This document shows positions 31,001-38,810 of a stretch of DNA of 64,000 bases, in pieces (the first letter of the stretch is position 1; the number at the start of each line of letters is the position of its first letter). Source of the DNA: a virus; IMG/VR virus record IMGVR_UViG_3300010149_000010; one strand, 5' to 3'. The translations under genes were made by a program, and so were the position numbers. The notes beneath the pieces were generated by a model that saw only the letters and a list, made by a program, of their open reading frames with translations, was not told the DNA's origin and searched no databases.

Positions 31001-34000
31001 AGCATATCACCCGTAAGCATCCTACTACATTCCCTGCGCGCGAGCAGTCAAAGAAGTTCGTTCTCAATACCTTTGATGATGTGGTCTTGGAGAAGGGCGG
31101 CTGGCTTCGTAGCTTTAACAAGTACATGAAAACAGGTGACTCTTCGGAGTTGCTTCTCATTTCCAAGTTCCTTTCTGCCCCCGGTGGGACTCCAGGGCAA
31201 GGGAACGTGGGTGGTGTGACGCAATGTGCTGCTGCACCAATGCTTTTCTGTGACTGGCACTGGGTCAAGAAGGATGGCAAAGATGTCTACGAGCCAGTCA
31301 ATCCAGCCGCTCGCAAGTTGGTCAATTATCTTTACTTGTGCCAGCAGATCGCCATTGACCGCCAAAAGTATTACTATTTGGCGCCTTCGCTGCTGCATTG
31401 GTTCTTTGCTGACCTTGAGGTTGGTGACGCAGTCATCAAAGAGTTGAAGGCAGGCGGCCATGCGGACACTAATTGGCTTCACAGTCACTACCCAATTCAG
31501 GGTGCTGCTGATATGTCGTTCGAAGAATACCAAGCCGCTTGGAAAAATGGTACATTGCCTGTGATCTCAGAGATCATCCCAGGCATGGGTAAAGGCGCTA
31601 TGGGCGGTCAATCTGTCGCTCCGATGATGTACTCCAACGGCCCGCTTTACGTGTGGACCGCGTGGCAGGTTAACGGTATTAACCTCGGCTTTGATTACTT
31701 CGATAAAGACAGGATGGTTGAGCTTTCTGGGTTCTTTGACGAAGAGATTGCTCAGACTGCTGACTGGCAGGGTATCATTGACCACCTCAATCTCAGTGTC
31801 TCAGCTGAACAGCTCGAGGAAAGCTGGGTGTGGCCTGGCTACATCACGGGTTGGGTCAACACCAACTTCCGTGAGTCTCAAGATCTCTCTCCAGAGACCT
31901 TCCAGTCTGCTCGCATCCATGCCAACAATGTGTGGCTCGAGAAAATGGAGCAGGCAGGTATCGATGCTGACCCAGCCGTAACTCTCGTTGAGAGTGGGTT
32001 GGCTGACGTTCTCAAGGAAAAAGCTGGCGATTATGCAGTGGAAATGCCTGCATGGGGCACACGCCTGCTAGCAACTACAATCTACCGCAGCTATGTTGCA
32101 GGTAGCTCTGAGGCTGCTGAGGCTATGAGCCAAAGCGCTCGTCTGCAAACCGACCATCACGCGTCAGGCTCCGACAAACTTTCATTCCTCCGACAAGCTC
32201 TTACGTCACGCGACATGGACGTTTCTGTTGGGGATATGAAGATTATGGAGTCCATAAAGGATCTTCGTTTCGTTTGGGCTAAAGCGTTGCAGAATGACAA
32301 AATGTCGGACGAGCGTCGACTGCAAGTCCTCTGCGCAATGATGCACTTCGGCATTACTGTCATCGCAGACTGCATCGAGGAGCTTGAGAACGATAAGACT
32401 TCTCAGATTGCTCAGAACTTCATCTGGGCACTTGAGGACCACGCAATTGCTGATATTGCCGCTCTAACTACCGCTGATAAGTGGAAAGAGTGGCGTGACG
32501 CTAATGATGCTACCTACAGCGGGCTAGAAGCAAAAAATCGCCGTGAGATGATGGATACCTGCCGAAAGCTCATGAATCGCGATGGATTTTACCACTGGAT
32601 TAGCCAACAGAACCTCAACTCCCTCAAGGCAGAGGATATCGCTACCTGGTTGGTGATGGATGGTGAGGAAGCTCACAGCAAGATCATAGACTTTATCGGT
32701 TCTGACTTCTTCGGTGCAATTGGTGAGGCTTGGTCTCGTCAAGAGCTCAAGGGCTCGCGCAACAGCGTTGAGGATGAACTGATGGATATCATCACCGATC
32801 TTATGGAACTTCCAGTTGACGACAACTTCATGGGTTGTGTAGAGGGATACTCTCGTGACTTAATCCAAGAAATCAGGGACGATGAGCTGAGGCTCCAGTC
32901 TGAAGAGGTTTCGGATGAAGCACAGATGGCATGGTACTCGCTTAATGCGAGTGAGTATGAGCGGCATGTTGCCGCGATCACTCGCCCAATCACATCGTTG
33001 ATCCGCTTGGTAAAACACCAGATGCGTGTGCTTGAGCACAACGTTGACAACGGTGCAAACCAGGAAGACGAGATTGATGTTTTCTGGCCAACCATCAAAG
33101 CCGCTCTCTTTGGCTCCCACAAAGAGCTCGATGATGAAACTGGTGAGTGGACTGACGTCACCCACGTCGAAAGTCGTATTGTTTACGAGCTACCCGTTCA
33201 GCACATCGCGACCATGAACCTTGCGGCTCTCGAGCAGGGCTATGACGTCGAGATTCTCGTTGATATGATTGACAATCCAAAGTCTTTTTACGAAGACGAG
33301 GACGGTAATGTAGAGCTGCCTTCGGAGCCAGAGGGTTACTATTACACTCGCAAGGGGTACATCCACCTCAGCGCAATCATGACAAAAATGGCGCTTGAGG
33401 TCGAGTCTCGTGACGATGTATTGCAGTGGCTGATCGCTCAGTTCAAAGGCGGTGTTGGTCACGTCACAACCAGCAAGCACTTAACCATGGCGTATGGTTC
33501 AGCTGAGGGTCGTGATCACTTCTGGTTCGTTCCAGAGGAGGAAGCTTACCCTCAGTACCACAACGACCCGCAGGTGCTCCAGGTCCAAAAGACCTTCGAG
33601 TCTTGTTACGCTGAGACCGTCACAGTCAGCTACCTCCATGACGATGCTGAAGAAACCCTTGAGGCGCTAGAGTGTTTCGAGAATCCTGAAGCATTTTCGC
33701 CAGGGGATGTTCAATACTATGAGGACTATATGAAGGAGATGTTTGAGGTGCAGATGTATCTCCCACCTCTCTTCGGCGGCCGCTCTAACTGGGACGAGCT
33801 ATATGATGGTAAGTATAGTAAGTTCTATGACGAGCAGCTAATTATGTCACCATACAAGTTGTTGCGCACTTACAGCTTCATGATGGAGGGCCAAGATGTT
33901 AGCCAGATGTCTCTTCCAGCTACGGTGCGTGACTTCCAGAATCTAGTCTATGGTTACACTGTTGGAGACAGCAAAGGCCAAAGCCAGGGTGTGCGCAGCA

Positions 34001-34527
34001 AAGAGGCCTATAAGCGCTCTGGTCGCCAGCCTAGAAACACAGCGCTTAAGGATAACATGACTAAGAAGTCATGTGAGGATTGGACTTGGGCTGGTGTGCA
34101 GAAACCAATTACCTCACAGCTCGAGGTCAAGTTCAATGGTTCTGAAGTTGTTGGTGCTGAGAACAACTTGTGCGACATCAGCATCCGTGGCTACCAAAAC
34201 CACACCTTTGATGAGTGTTGGCGCGGTGCGTACTCGTTGGTTCGTTTCACACCTAGCCTTCTCTGGAGCTTTGCCAACGTGATGGAACCTGGTGAATTCC
34301 AAGAGATTAACGCTAAGAGCATCGCTAAGGTTGGCGCTTCTTCTATCCGTCGTCACTGTATTGGTTTCCGCAAAGCCAACTTTACAGAGATGGTTGAGGG
34401 AGTAAAAGTTACGTCGTTAAAGATGGACCCAGCAATGGTTCCCTACCTTTTCGGCATCCTTGCGGATCAAGAGGAGATCGAGATCGGCATGGACGCTCTC
34501 AATAGTCCTGACCGTCCTAACGACTAA
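28003..34527 (+). CDS. Single-subunit two-barrel RNA polymerase (YonO/cellular RdRP-like) with inserted HhH domain
   Basis: Ordered motifs NDGGA, MQFR..SKG, LDKGCLK, SLGWQVVQLL, GRTP, catalytic GDNDGD (DNDGD at 30943-30957), GNVG, IAIDRQK; ComEA-like HhH VNTATKEQLCLVAGIGPKTAEKIVEAR. Confidence 0.85.
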   Translation: MRKAIFSLFLGLLWAASCYSVYVAPLALPASAVDAAPIVHPSAEVAKPLATNRTDNATAEIDHLRSTTINSGSSTPSQGTFPINNPNALRPRRRGIMRRRKLKSRKGNRLVSDAFIKFVFGYHRVTYMSGNWLCYEETPYTEADFKVSKPAKARKKAKKSWRQLKGEATRLYQKAAKLRKRNPEYPPAIACAVFAKAQKLHHKANDMKKALKEAQPTARQQRSFRRSVLRAEAKTCEQFIKAELVSNVDQAKELIQKVLSGDTNGAALRLLQKSQLGRIYVKYGILQAPMKEEEVERPTNPVVRHIKVAETPARVWTPLMRAAIIVIAPLMLGMDADVGTVAEVTYASASGGILMMTLKNVLNTPARKREAAQDGYNRYAEQSIKAAKGSEWDVFSLMRFSRSGKGAPITNGKAHDTDKQKGRAVRIIQDSIGGAYCPKVKSFARMLGIELGVDNCLRYEVDDQMDEVLKADVVEILMAASFVILCDGFAVHKSIARPFIEYGETMFGNAVAVRSYFRSLITTPELYTVNQDLPIFLGDLDELMGWAENDGGAVHTNRLSVSMQFRGIAKVLEAKYRILSKGITTSAKVIADITDDVDKPVFVNYEGDEEGHIKGEVRLSKKVDECIRVAVEEEFNALHAVNTATKEQLCLVAGIGPKTAEKIVEARNAAGGAFADMDAFYNVSRRLDPSNPDALRVLRWSFGHKGRVYSVGLFLDKGCLKGEDKNAWDWNKLNFFGVNGQNVDFWSIAIDQIGGKISLGWQVVQLLDADFIGGLFKNTDGSLGIAAQKLARQIDNAIEQEHPLCKHLLDAIEDKGGDIENLMSAVKAISVLQGLGKTASKRISNGLGAKAGSYYVQMIDMGGDWVIIKTPKAKDGKGYKRWATCFFGRTPNQGHETVRAPMALSPTYVGGFLRDYLDNGFDAVEKHGKQAVKFVMGLNDACGHDTDVVRLRCRAILTMLPAVIDGIALVDSTLQQKVCGDNDGDRNMISFDKMLVAIAKHITRKHPTTFPAREQSKKFVLNTFDDVVLEKGGWLRSFNKYMKTGDSSELLLISKFLSAPGGTPGQGNVGGVTQCAAAPMLFCDWHWVKKDGKDVYEPVNPAARKLVNYLYLCQQIAIDRQKYYYLAPSLLHWFFADLEVGDAVIKELKAGGHADTNWLHSHYPIQGAADMSFEEYQAAWKNGTLPVISEIIPGMGKGAMGGQSVAPMMYSNGPLYVWTAWQVNGINLGFDYFDKDRMVELSGFFDEEIAQTADWQGIIDHLNLSVSAEQLEESWVWPGYITGWVNTNFRESQDLSPETFQSARIHANNVWLEKMEQAGIDADPAVTLVESGLADVLKEKAGDYAVEMPAWGTRLLATTIYRSYVAGSSEAAEAMSQSARLQTDHHASGSDKLSFLRQALTSRDMDVSVGDMKIMESIKDLRFVWAKALQNDKMSDERRLQVLCAMMHFGITVIADCIEELENDKTSQIAQNFIWALEDHAIADIAALTTADKWKEWRDANDATYSGLEAKNRREMMDTCRKLMNRDGFYHWISQQNLNSLKAEDIATWLVMDGEEAHSKIIDFIGSDFFGAIGEAWSRQELKGSRNSVEDELMDIITDLMELPVDDNFMGCVEGYSRDLIQEIRDDELRLQSEEVSDEAQMAWYSLNASEYERHVAAITRPITSLIRLVKHQMRVLEHNVDNGANQEDEIDVFWPTIKAALFGSHKELDDETGEWTDVTHVESRIVYELPVQHIATMNLAALEQGYDVEILVDMIDNPKSFYEDEDGNVELPSEPEGYYYTRKGYIHLSAIMTKMALEVESRDDVLQWLIAQFKGGVGHVTTSKHLTMAYGSAEGRDHFWFVPEEEAYPQYHNDPQVLQVQKTFESCYAETVTVSYLHDDAEETLEALECFENPEAFSPGDVQYYEDYMKEMFEVQMYLPPLFGGRSNWDELYDGKYSKFYDEQLIMSPYKLLRTYSFMMEGQDVSQMSLPATVRDFQNLVYGYTVGDSKGQSQGVRSKEAYKRSGRQPRNTALKDNMTKKSCEDWTWAGVQKPITSQLEVKFNGSEVVGAENNLCDISIRGYQNHTFDECWRGAYSLVRFTPSLLWSFANVMEPGEFQEINAKSIAKVGASSIRRHCIGFRKANFTEMVEGVKVTSLKMDPAMVPYLFGILADQEEIEIGMDALNSPDRPND

Positions 34528-34695
34528 TTTTGATAGGGGTTGAAATCCCCCTTTAGCTGTATCAGGTCATATACCACTGATCTGTTAGTAAAATGCTTGG
34601 CACGAGTAAGGGGTTCACGTCCCGCTAAGCGTCTAATGCAGACTTACTCAAAAAACAACCCTACCCCCATTATCAATTGCAAGAAAGGAAAAATC

Positions 34696-35112
34696 ATGCA
34701 AGAGATGCAAGACAAAACTCTCGTCGAGATCGTAAAGGCCTATAAGGGGGCCTTTATATATGCTCCAGGCGGCACAGTCAACATTGGCTGTGTTATGTTC
34801 GATGGCCCCTCAAACGCGAAGAAGGCTGTTCCTAAAAAAGCAGGGTCAGCAGAAGCCGAGAAACCCAAGGCTGTTCGTCGTCGCAAGGCTACTACCAAAG
34901 TTGATGAGAAGGCTGAGCCACCTAAGGGTGATTCAGCTTCGCCTCCACCAGTTGACACTAATGACGGTGACGATAACGAAGGTGATGGTTCAGCGCCCGA
35001 CCCAGCAGCGGCCACGAGTTGGGGCTCTCGTGGTGCGGGGCCTGCTGACTCAGCGACACCCACCTCCCCATTTTCTCGCCCTCGTCGTCGGGAACCCAAC
35101 AACGGGGCTTGA
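34696..35112 (+). CDS. Hypothetical low-complexity protein
   Basis: AAAGGAAAA then MQEMQDK; Lys/Pro/Asp-rich tail. Confidence 0.55.
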   Translation: MQEMQDKTLVEIVKAYKGAFIYAPGGTVNIGCVMFDGPSNAKKAVPKKAGSAEAEKPKAVRRRKATTKVDEKAEPPKGDSASPPPVDTNDGDDNEGDGSAPDPAAATSWGSRGAGPADSATPTSPFSRPRRREPNNGA

Positions 35113-35220
35113 CCCCCGTCTTGGGTTTCTGCCCTCCCCTCTAACCGTTCCACCTTCACAATTCTATAGGCTTTATAACTAGCTATTATCCTGTAGTCTT
35201 ATCTTCAATAGCTCATTGCC

Positions 35221-35322
35221 CCGCCAGTTGACTCCTTCTACCTAGTTACTCCGCCAAGCAAGTTGACTCCGCGCGCGGAGCCAGGGGCTGCAAGCAGCCC
35301 TGCGAGCAAGCTCGCTGCCTGG
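35221..35322. repeat. Direct repeats plus branched palindromes
   Basis: AGTTGACTCC x2 and AGTTACTCC; CTCCGCGCGCGGAG palindrome; CCAGG..CCTGG enclosing two CAAG-loop hairpins. Confidence 0.75.
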
Positions 35323-35410
35323 TGATCAAACAAGGTGATTATTAATCTTTTTTTTAATTTGCTCATGCAATTATTAAGAAGATTCAAACTTTGTTAAAGA
35401 AGGAGCCGAC

Positions 35411-35884
35411 ATGGCTAATCAAGAACTAAAACTTCACGACGACGCTTCCGAGCTTAGTCTGCCTGAGGCACGCCTAGCGCGCCTTAAGGTTCTCCGTGAT
35501 AAAGTAGACGAAAAAGCCGCTTGGAGCGGGCGAGGCGATAAAAAGCCTGCCCGTTCCCTACTTGTAGTGGACGGTGCAGATGCGAGTCAAATCGCTTCGT
35601 ACCTGACCAGCAAGGGCCAATCATCTAGAGTGACCTTCGAGGTCACCGAGCATAAGTTACGCGGGATCTTTGACGATCATATCCGTGAGCTTGAGCGCGA
35701 GATCGCAGAGGCGGAGAAGGCAGCAATGCCCGATCCGATGCAGGCCGTTCGAGAGATGCAAGCAGCAATGCAAGCACAGCAAGCCCAATTCATGCAAATG
35801 ATGGTGGGCATGATGAGTGGTAACACTTCTCCCGAGGCTCCTGCTCCTGCCGAGACTGCTCCTGAGGCTCCTGCTGAGTCGTGA
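35411..35884 (+). CDS. Hypothetical protein with Met/Gln-rich coiled coil
   Basis: Strong AAGGAG SD, 157 aa. Confidence 0.75.
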   Translation: MANQELKLHDDASELSLPEARLARLKVLRDKVDEKAAWSGRGDKKPARSLLVVDGADASQIASYLTSKGQSSRVTFEVTEHKLRGIFDDHIRELEREIAEAEKAAMPDPMQAVREMQAAMQAQQAQFMQMMVGMMSGNTSPEAPAPAETAPEAPAES

Positions 35885-36272
35885 TTTTAAGTGAAAGCTG
35901 TTCTTCGGAGCAGTTAGTAGCAAACTCGTTAACCGAAAGGTGTGACGAGACGAGACGTAGTGTCTCAAGCCTAATTCCCCTTGGCGTAAAAATGGGGCGA
36001 AAAACTTTTCCTGTCGGAACGAAAGGATCTTCATCATGACCTACTGGGTTGATGAAAGAGGTGTTGTGCACTTCGAAAATCCACGAGCTCAATAAAAGCT
36101 TTATGGTCGCAGCTATGCGTAAATAGTGGGTAGCTATACCCTTGAAATAGCCGGAGCTATGATAGCTTCGTTAGTCAGAGAATGACAAACAATCTGATTT
36201 AGACTTTTATTATAAAAAAGTCGGCAGCCTTATTAACGGACGGACGTAATGTCGCCAGTTTCAATAATAAGC

Positions 36273-36375
36273 AGTGTCGTCGGAAGCCCTTAGGGGTGGA
36301 AGACCTGATGAGTCTAGTAGTTCATTCTGCTAGCATCGCTTTAATTAGTGATGTCCTTTAGGGGAACGAAACACT
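36273..36375 (+). ncRNA. Type III hammerhead ribozyme with four-way-junction stem II
   Basis: AGTGT/ACACT stem III, GTC cleavage triplet (after 36278), GTC/GAC stem I, CTGATGA 36305-36311, GT/AC stem II base, GAAA 36368-36371. Confidence 0.8.
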
Positions 36376-37033
36376 TTTCTCATCAAGACAGCTAACGCTG
36401 GGCCCAGTGATTTTCTAAACACTTAAAAAAAAGAACATTAGAATTTTCAACGGAAGCCAGATGCGCCTTCGTAAAGAAAAGCATAGTGCTCGCTTAGACC
36501 TTCGGGTCTTACCTGCGGAAATGAATGATAAGTTCATGTTCTAAAGGATACCAATGAGAAATGGTAAGCGGGTTACTGGCACAAGGTCGCAACTTGTGTC
36601 GCTGGAGATAAAACCAGTACCCTTAGACAAGGGGTGTGCGCGGTTTGTAGAAAAAACAAACCCATATGCGCCTCATGTCAGCAGGTCAAAATACAGTGGC
36701 TATTATCAGGCATGGTAAGTAAGTCAATAAAGAATTTCTCGGGGCTGTTCTCCCCACTTCAGTAATGTAGTACTTACTGTAATAATAGGGAACCAAGGGT
36801 CAGCCAAATAAGGCCCTGGCATGGAAGCTCCTTAGCGGGAGTGGGAAAATGCAAAACCAGCAAATCGATTAGCTAGCCTTAGCGGGCAAGTTACCGAAGA
36901 GCCGGGGATCTGTAATAGTGGTGTATTACAGACACAGTGCGAATTCCAAAAGGGGGAGCTGCCGTAGATATCTGCGGTAACGAACTTGATTAGGTGTTGC
37001 GTATTTGTGCCTTGTACGATTATATTGTGCAAG

Positions 37034-37133
37034 GGTTGTGAGGAATTGGAACGCCTCGCCTGATGAAGAGATCATTAAAAATCTGCGATCTCTCTTGGAC
37101 ATCCTTTGTACTTCGGTACATAAAGTCGAAACC
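37034..37133 (+). ncRNA. Variant type III hammerhead ribozyme (extra hairpin after CUGAUGA)
   Basis: GGT/ACC stem III, GTT triplet, GTGAGG/CCTCGC stem I, CTGATGA 37060-37066, GAC..TTCG..GTC stem II, GAAA 37128-37131. Confidence 0.5.
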
Positions 37134-37313
37134 AGCAGTCGTCTATCCAGCTATGTCAAATCCACTGCGACATATTAGAGGGATATAAAATATTAAGTGG
37201 TACCTTCAGCCTACAATGCGTTTCAGGCCGGTGTAAAAATAAGAAACGAAATACGGTTAGCGTTAGAAAGTGCGTCCGTTCTTCAGTAATTTACTGGAGT
37301 GACTTTCATTTAT

Positions 37314-37441
37314 GGCTTGCTTTGGTAGAGCCGTGGGATTCTAGGAGATGTGTGAACCTGCTTGCATGGCAGGTGGTCATTGATCCATCGGGAAGCTGCA
37401 ACTTCCTGCCACGGTTTATGGTTCGATTCCGTAACAAGCTT
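37314..37441 (+). ncRNA. tRNA-like RNA with expanded branched domain in place of the anticodon arm
   Basis: GGCTTG/CAAGCT acceptor, TGGTA D-loop-like segment, CCGTGG/CCACGG helix, T-arm TATGG-TTCGATT-CCGTA. Confidence 0.6.
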
Positions 37442-37814
37442 TAGTCTCTCAGCACAGAGACAATCACAAGCCCTGTAGAAAGGAATATACAGGCCAGGGT
37501 AGACTCCCAATAATGGTAGAGTCCCCTGAATTAAAAGCGCGATTAAAGCGCTCAAGACTACTTTTCCTAAGGGTACAACACTTATTATTTTGACAAAAGA
37601 CGAGACGAGACGAGACAGAAACGTCTGCTGGCCACAATAGTCAAATAAATATGCGTAATAAAACTAATAAATACTTAATATATATAGTGTTTTTAGAAAA
37701 AGACATAAATAGTGAGAGTGGACCTAGTATAATAATGTTAATCGGGAAGAAAAACATTAACTAGGTAAACAATAAGCCACCCTAAAACAATCTTGCTGTG
37801 AAGCAGATCACGCT

Positions 37815-37860
37815 GCCAGGGCTCGAAAGGTCATTGTAGGTTCAAGTCCTACCCGCTGGT
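37815..37860 (+). ncRNA. tRNA minihelix-like element (T-arm plus acceptor-like stem)
   Basis: GTAGG-TTCAAGT-CCTAC T-arm; GCCAG/CTGGT closing stem. Confidence 0.35.
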
Positions 37861-37866
37861 AAGCAA

Positions 37867-37933
37867 TCGCGTATAGTGTAAAGGTACACGCCATAGTGAT
37901 ATGGAAATGTAGGTTCAAGTCCTTCTACGTGGG
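37867..37933 (+). tRNA. Degenerate tRNA/pseudo-tRNA with shortened anticodon loop
   Basis: TCGCGTA/TACGTGG acceptor, GTGT/ACAC D-stem, CCATA-GTGA-TATGG arm, GTAGG-TTCAAGT-CCTTC T-arm (one mismatch). Confidence 0.5.
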
Positions 37934-37983
37934 TTAGATTCGTTCCAGTAAAAAATAGATTCAAAGCATATAGGAATAAATAT

Positions 37984-38244
37984 ATGCGCCGCGAAAACAG
38001 AAAGAGAATACTAATGATAACCAATAGGACTAAAGACGTGCAGAGAGCAGAGCGCCGCCAATGCTGGCAGGTATTCGGTTTGTTACAACCCCTACTGATG
38101 GTGTTGTGCATCCTCCTGGGAAACAATGATCCCAACTCACTGTGGTCATGTGCTGGCTTATTGCTGGCCGTGACCTTCGGGATTAGTTTCCCTTTTCTAC
38201 TCTACCAAGAATATTTTTATCAGTTAGGGTATGGGTGGGAATGA
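37984..38244 (+). CDS. Small 2TM membrane protein
   Basis: Two hydrophobic helices; overlaps next ORF. Confidence 0.5.
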   Translation: MRRENRKRILMITNRTKDVQRAERRQCWQVFGLLQPLLMVLCILLGNNDPNSLWSCAGLLLAVTFGISFPFLLYQEYFYQLGYGWE

Positions 38245-38528
38245 TGGAGCTCAAACAAATCGCAGAAAGCCTAGCCAGAGAGCTAGGGACGTCGCATCAG
38301 GTACTCTCGTCCTACGTGGTAAAGCAAACACCACAGAGAACGATGCCACTACTGCAACTCATTGAGTTGTACATAAAGGTGAAAGGTGAGCAGGCCTTCA
38401 TTAAGAATTATCTTGACCAAGACTCTCTTTATAAGGAGCATGGTGGTTTTTTACAGAGATCAGCTGATTCAGCTGGCAACACTTGGATTTCATTTGTCCA
38501 AAGCGTAATAGCTTTCGGTCAAATCTAA
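38235..38528 (+). CDS. Hypothetical protein
   Basis: 97-aa ORF. Confidence 0.5.
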   Translation: MGMMELKQIAESLARELGTSHQVLSSYVVKQTPQRTMPLLQLIELYIKVKGEQAFIKNYLDQDSLYKEHGGFLQRSADSAGNTWISFVQSVIAFGQI

Positions 38529-38559
38529 AACAGTCAATTCTTCGGTAGACTATAAAAGC

Positions 38560-38810
38560 CGACTTAAGCCACAACATGGTGTTGCTTACCCACTGTCTAA
38601 TATTGGTATACTTACGGAGATATCAGTAGAAGACGAGTCAAAGCTAGATACGACCGTAATCGTTATCTGGTGGAGATAGGTAAGTAAGAGGTTCTATTCC
38701 TCTATGTGGTAGCCCCTCATGAGAACTACTTCTTCGTAGTTGGGGTTCAGGCAATTTCAGTAGCCTATATGGTTGTGCGTAAAGCACCTATACTGATAGC
38801 AGAGGTTCTC
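38560..38810 (+). ncRNA. Unassigned structured RNA candidate
   Basis: Nested helices GCCACA/TGTGGT, TTGCTTACC/GGTAAGTAA, TATTGGTAT/ATATCAGTA, CTAGATA/TATCTGG, GCCCC/GGGGT, TCAGTA/TACTGA. Confidence 0.45.

Larger units (their letters stand above)
35890..37300 (+). ncRNA. Long structured non-coding RNA region (family not recognised)
   Basis: No credible ORF; many hairpins with TTCG/GAAA loops and G-U pairs; contains hammerhead cores; boundaries approximate. Confidence 0.6.

Noticed and set aside
37314-37441. tmRNA or group II intron domain V (GAGCCG..CGGTT)
   Set aside because: Too short for tmRNA with no G3-U70 pair or tag ORF; lacks the domain V 2-nt bulge and GNRA cap, and no domain VI or maturase is visible
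35657-37555. Minus-strand ORFs 35657-36037, 35790-36092, 36832-37032, 37310-37555
   Set aside because: Antisense to local gene orientation, no recognisable protein features, and they overlap structured RNA
35890-38810. CRISPR array
   Set aside because: No regularly spaced 25-40 bp repeats with unique spacers; no cas genes in the window
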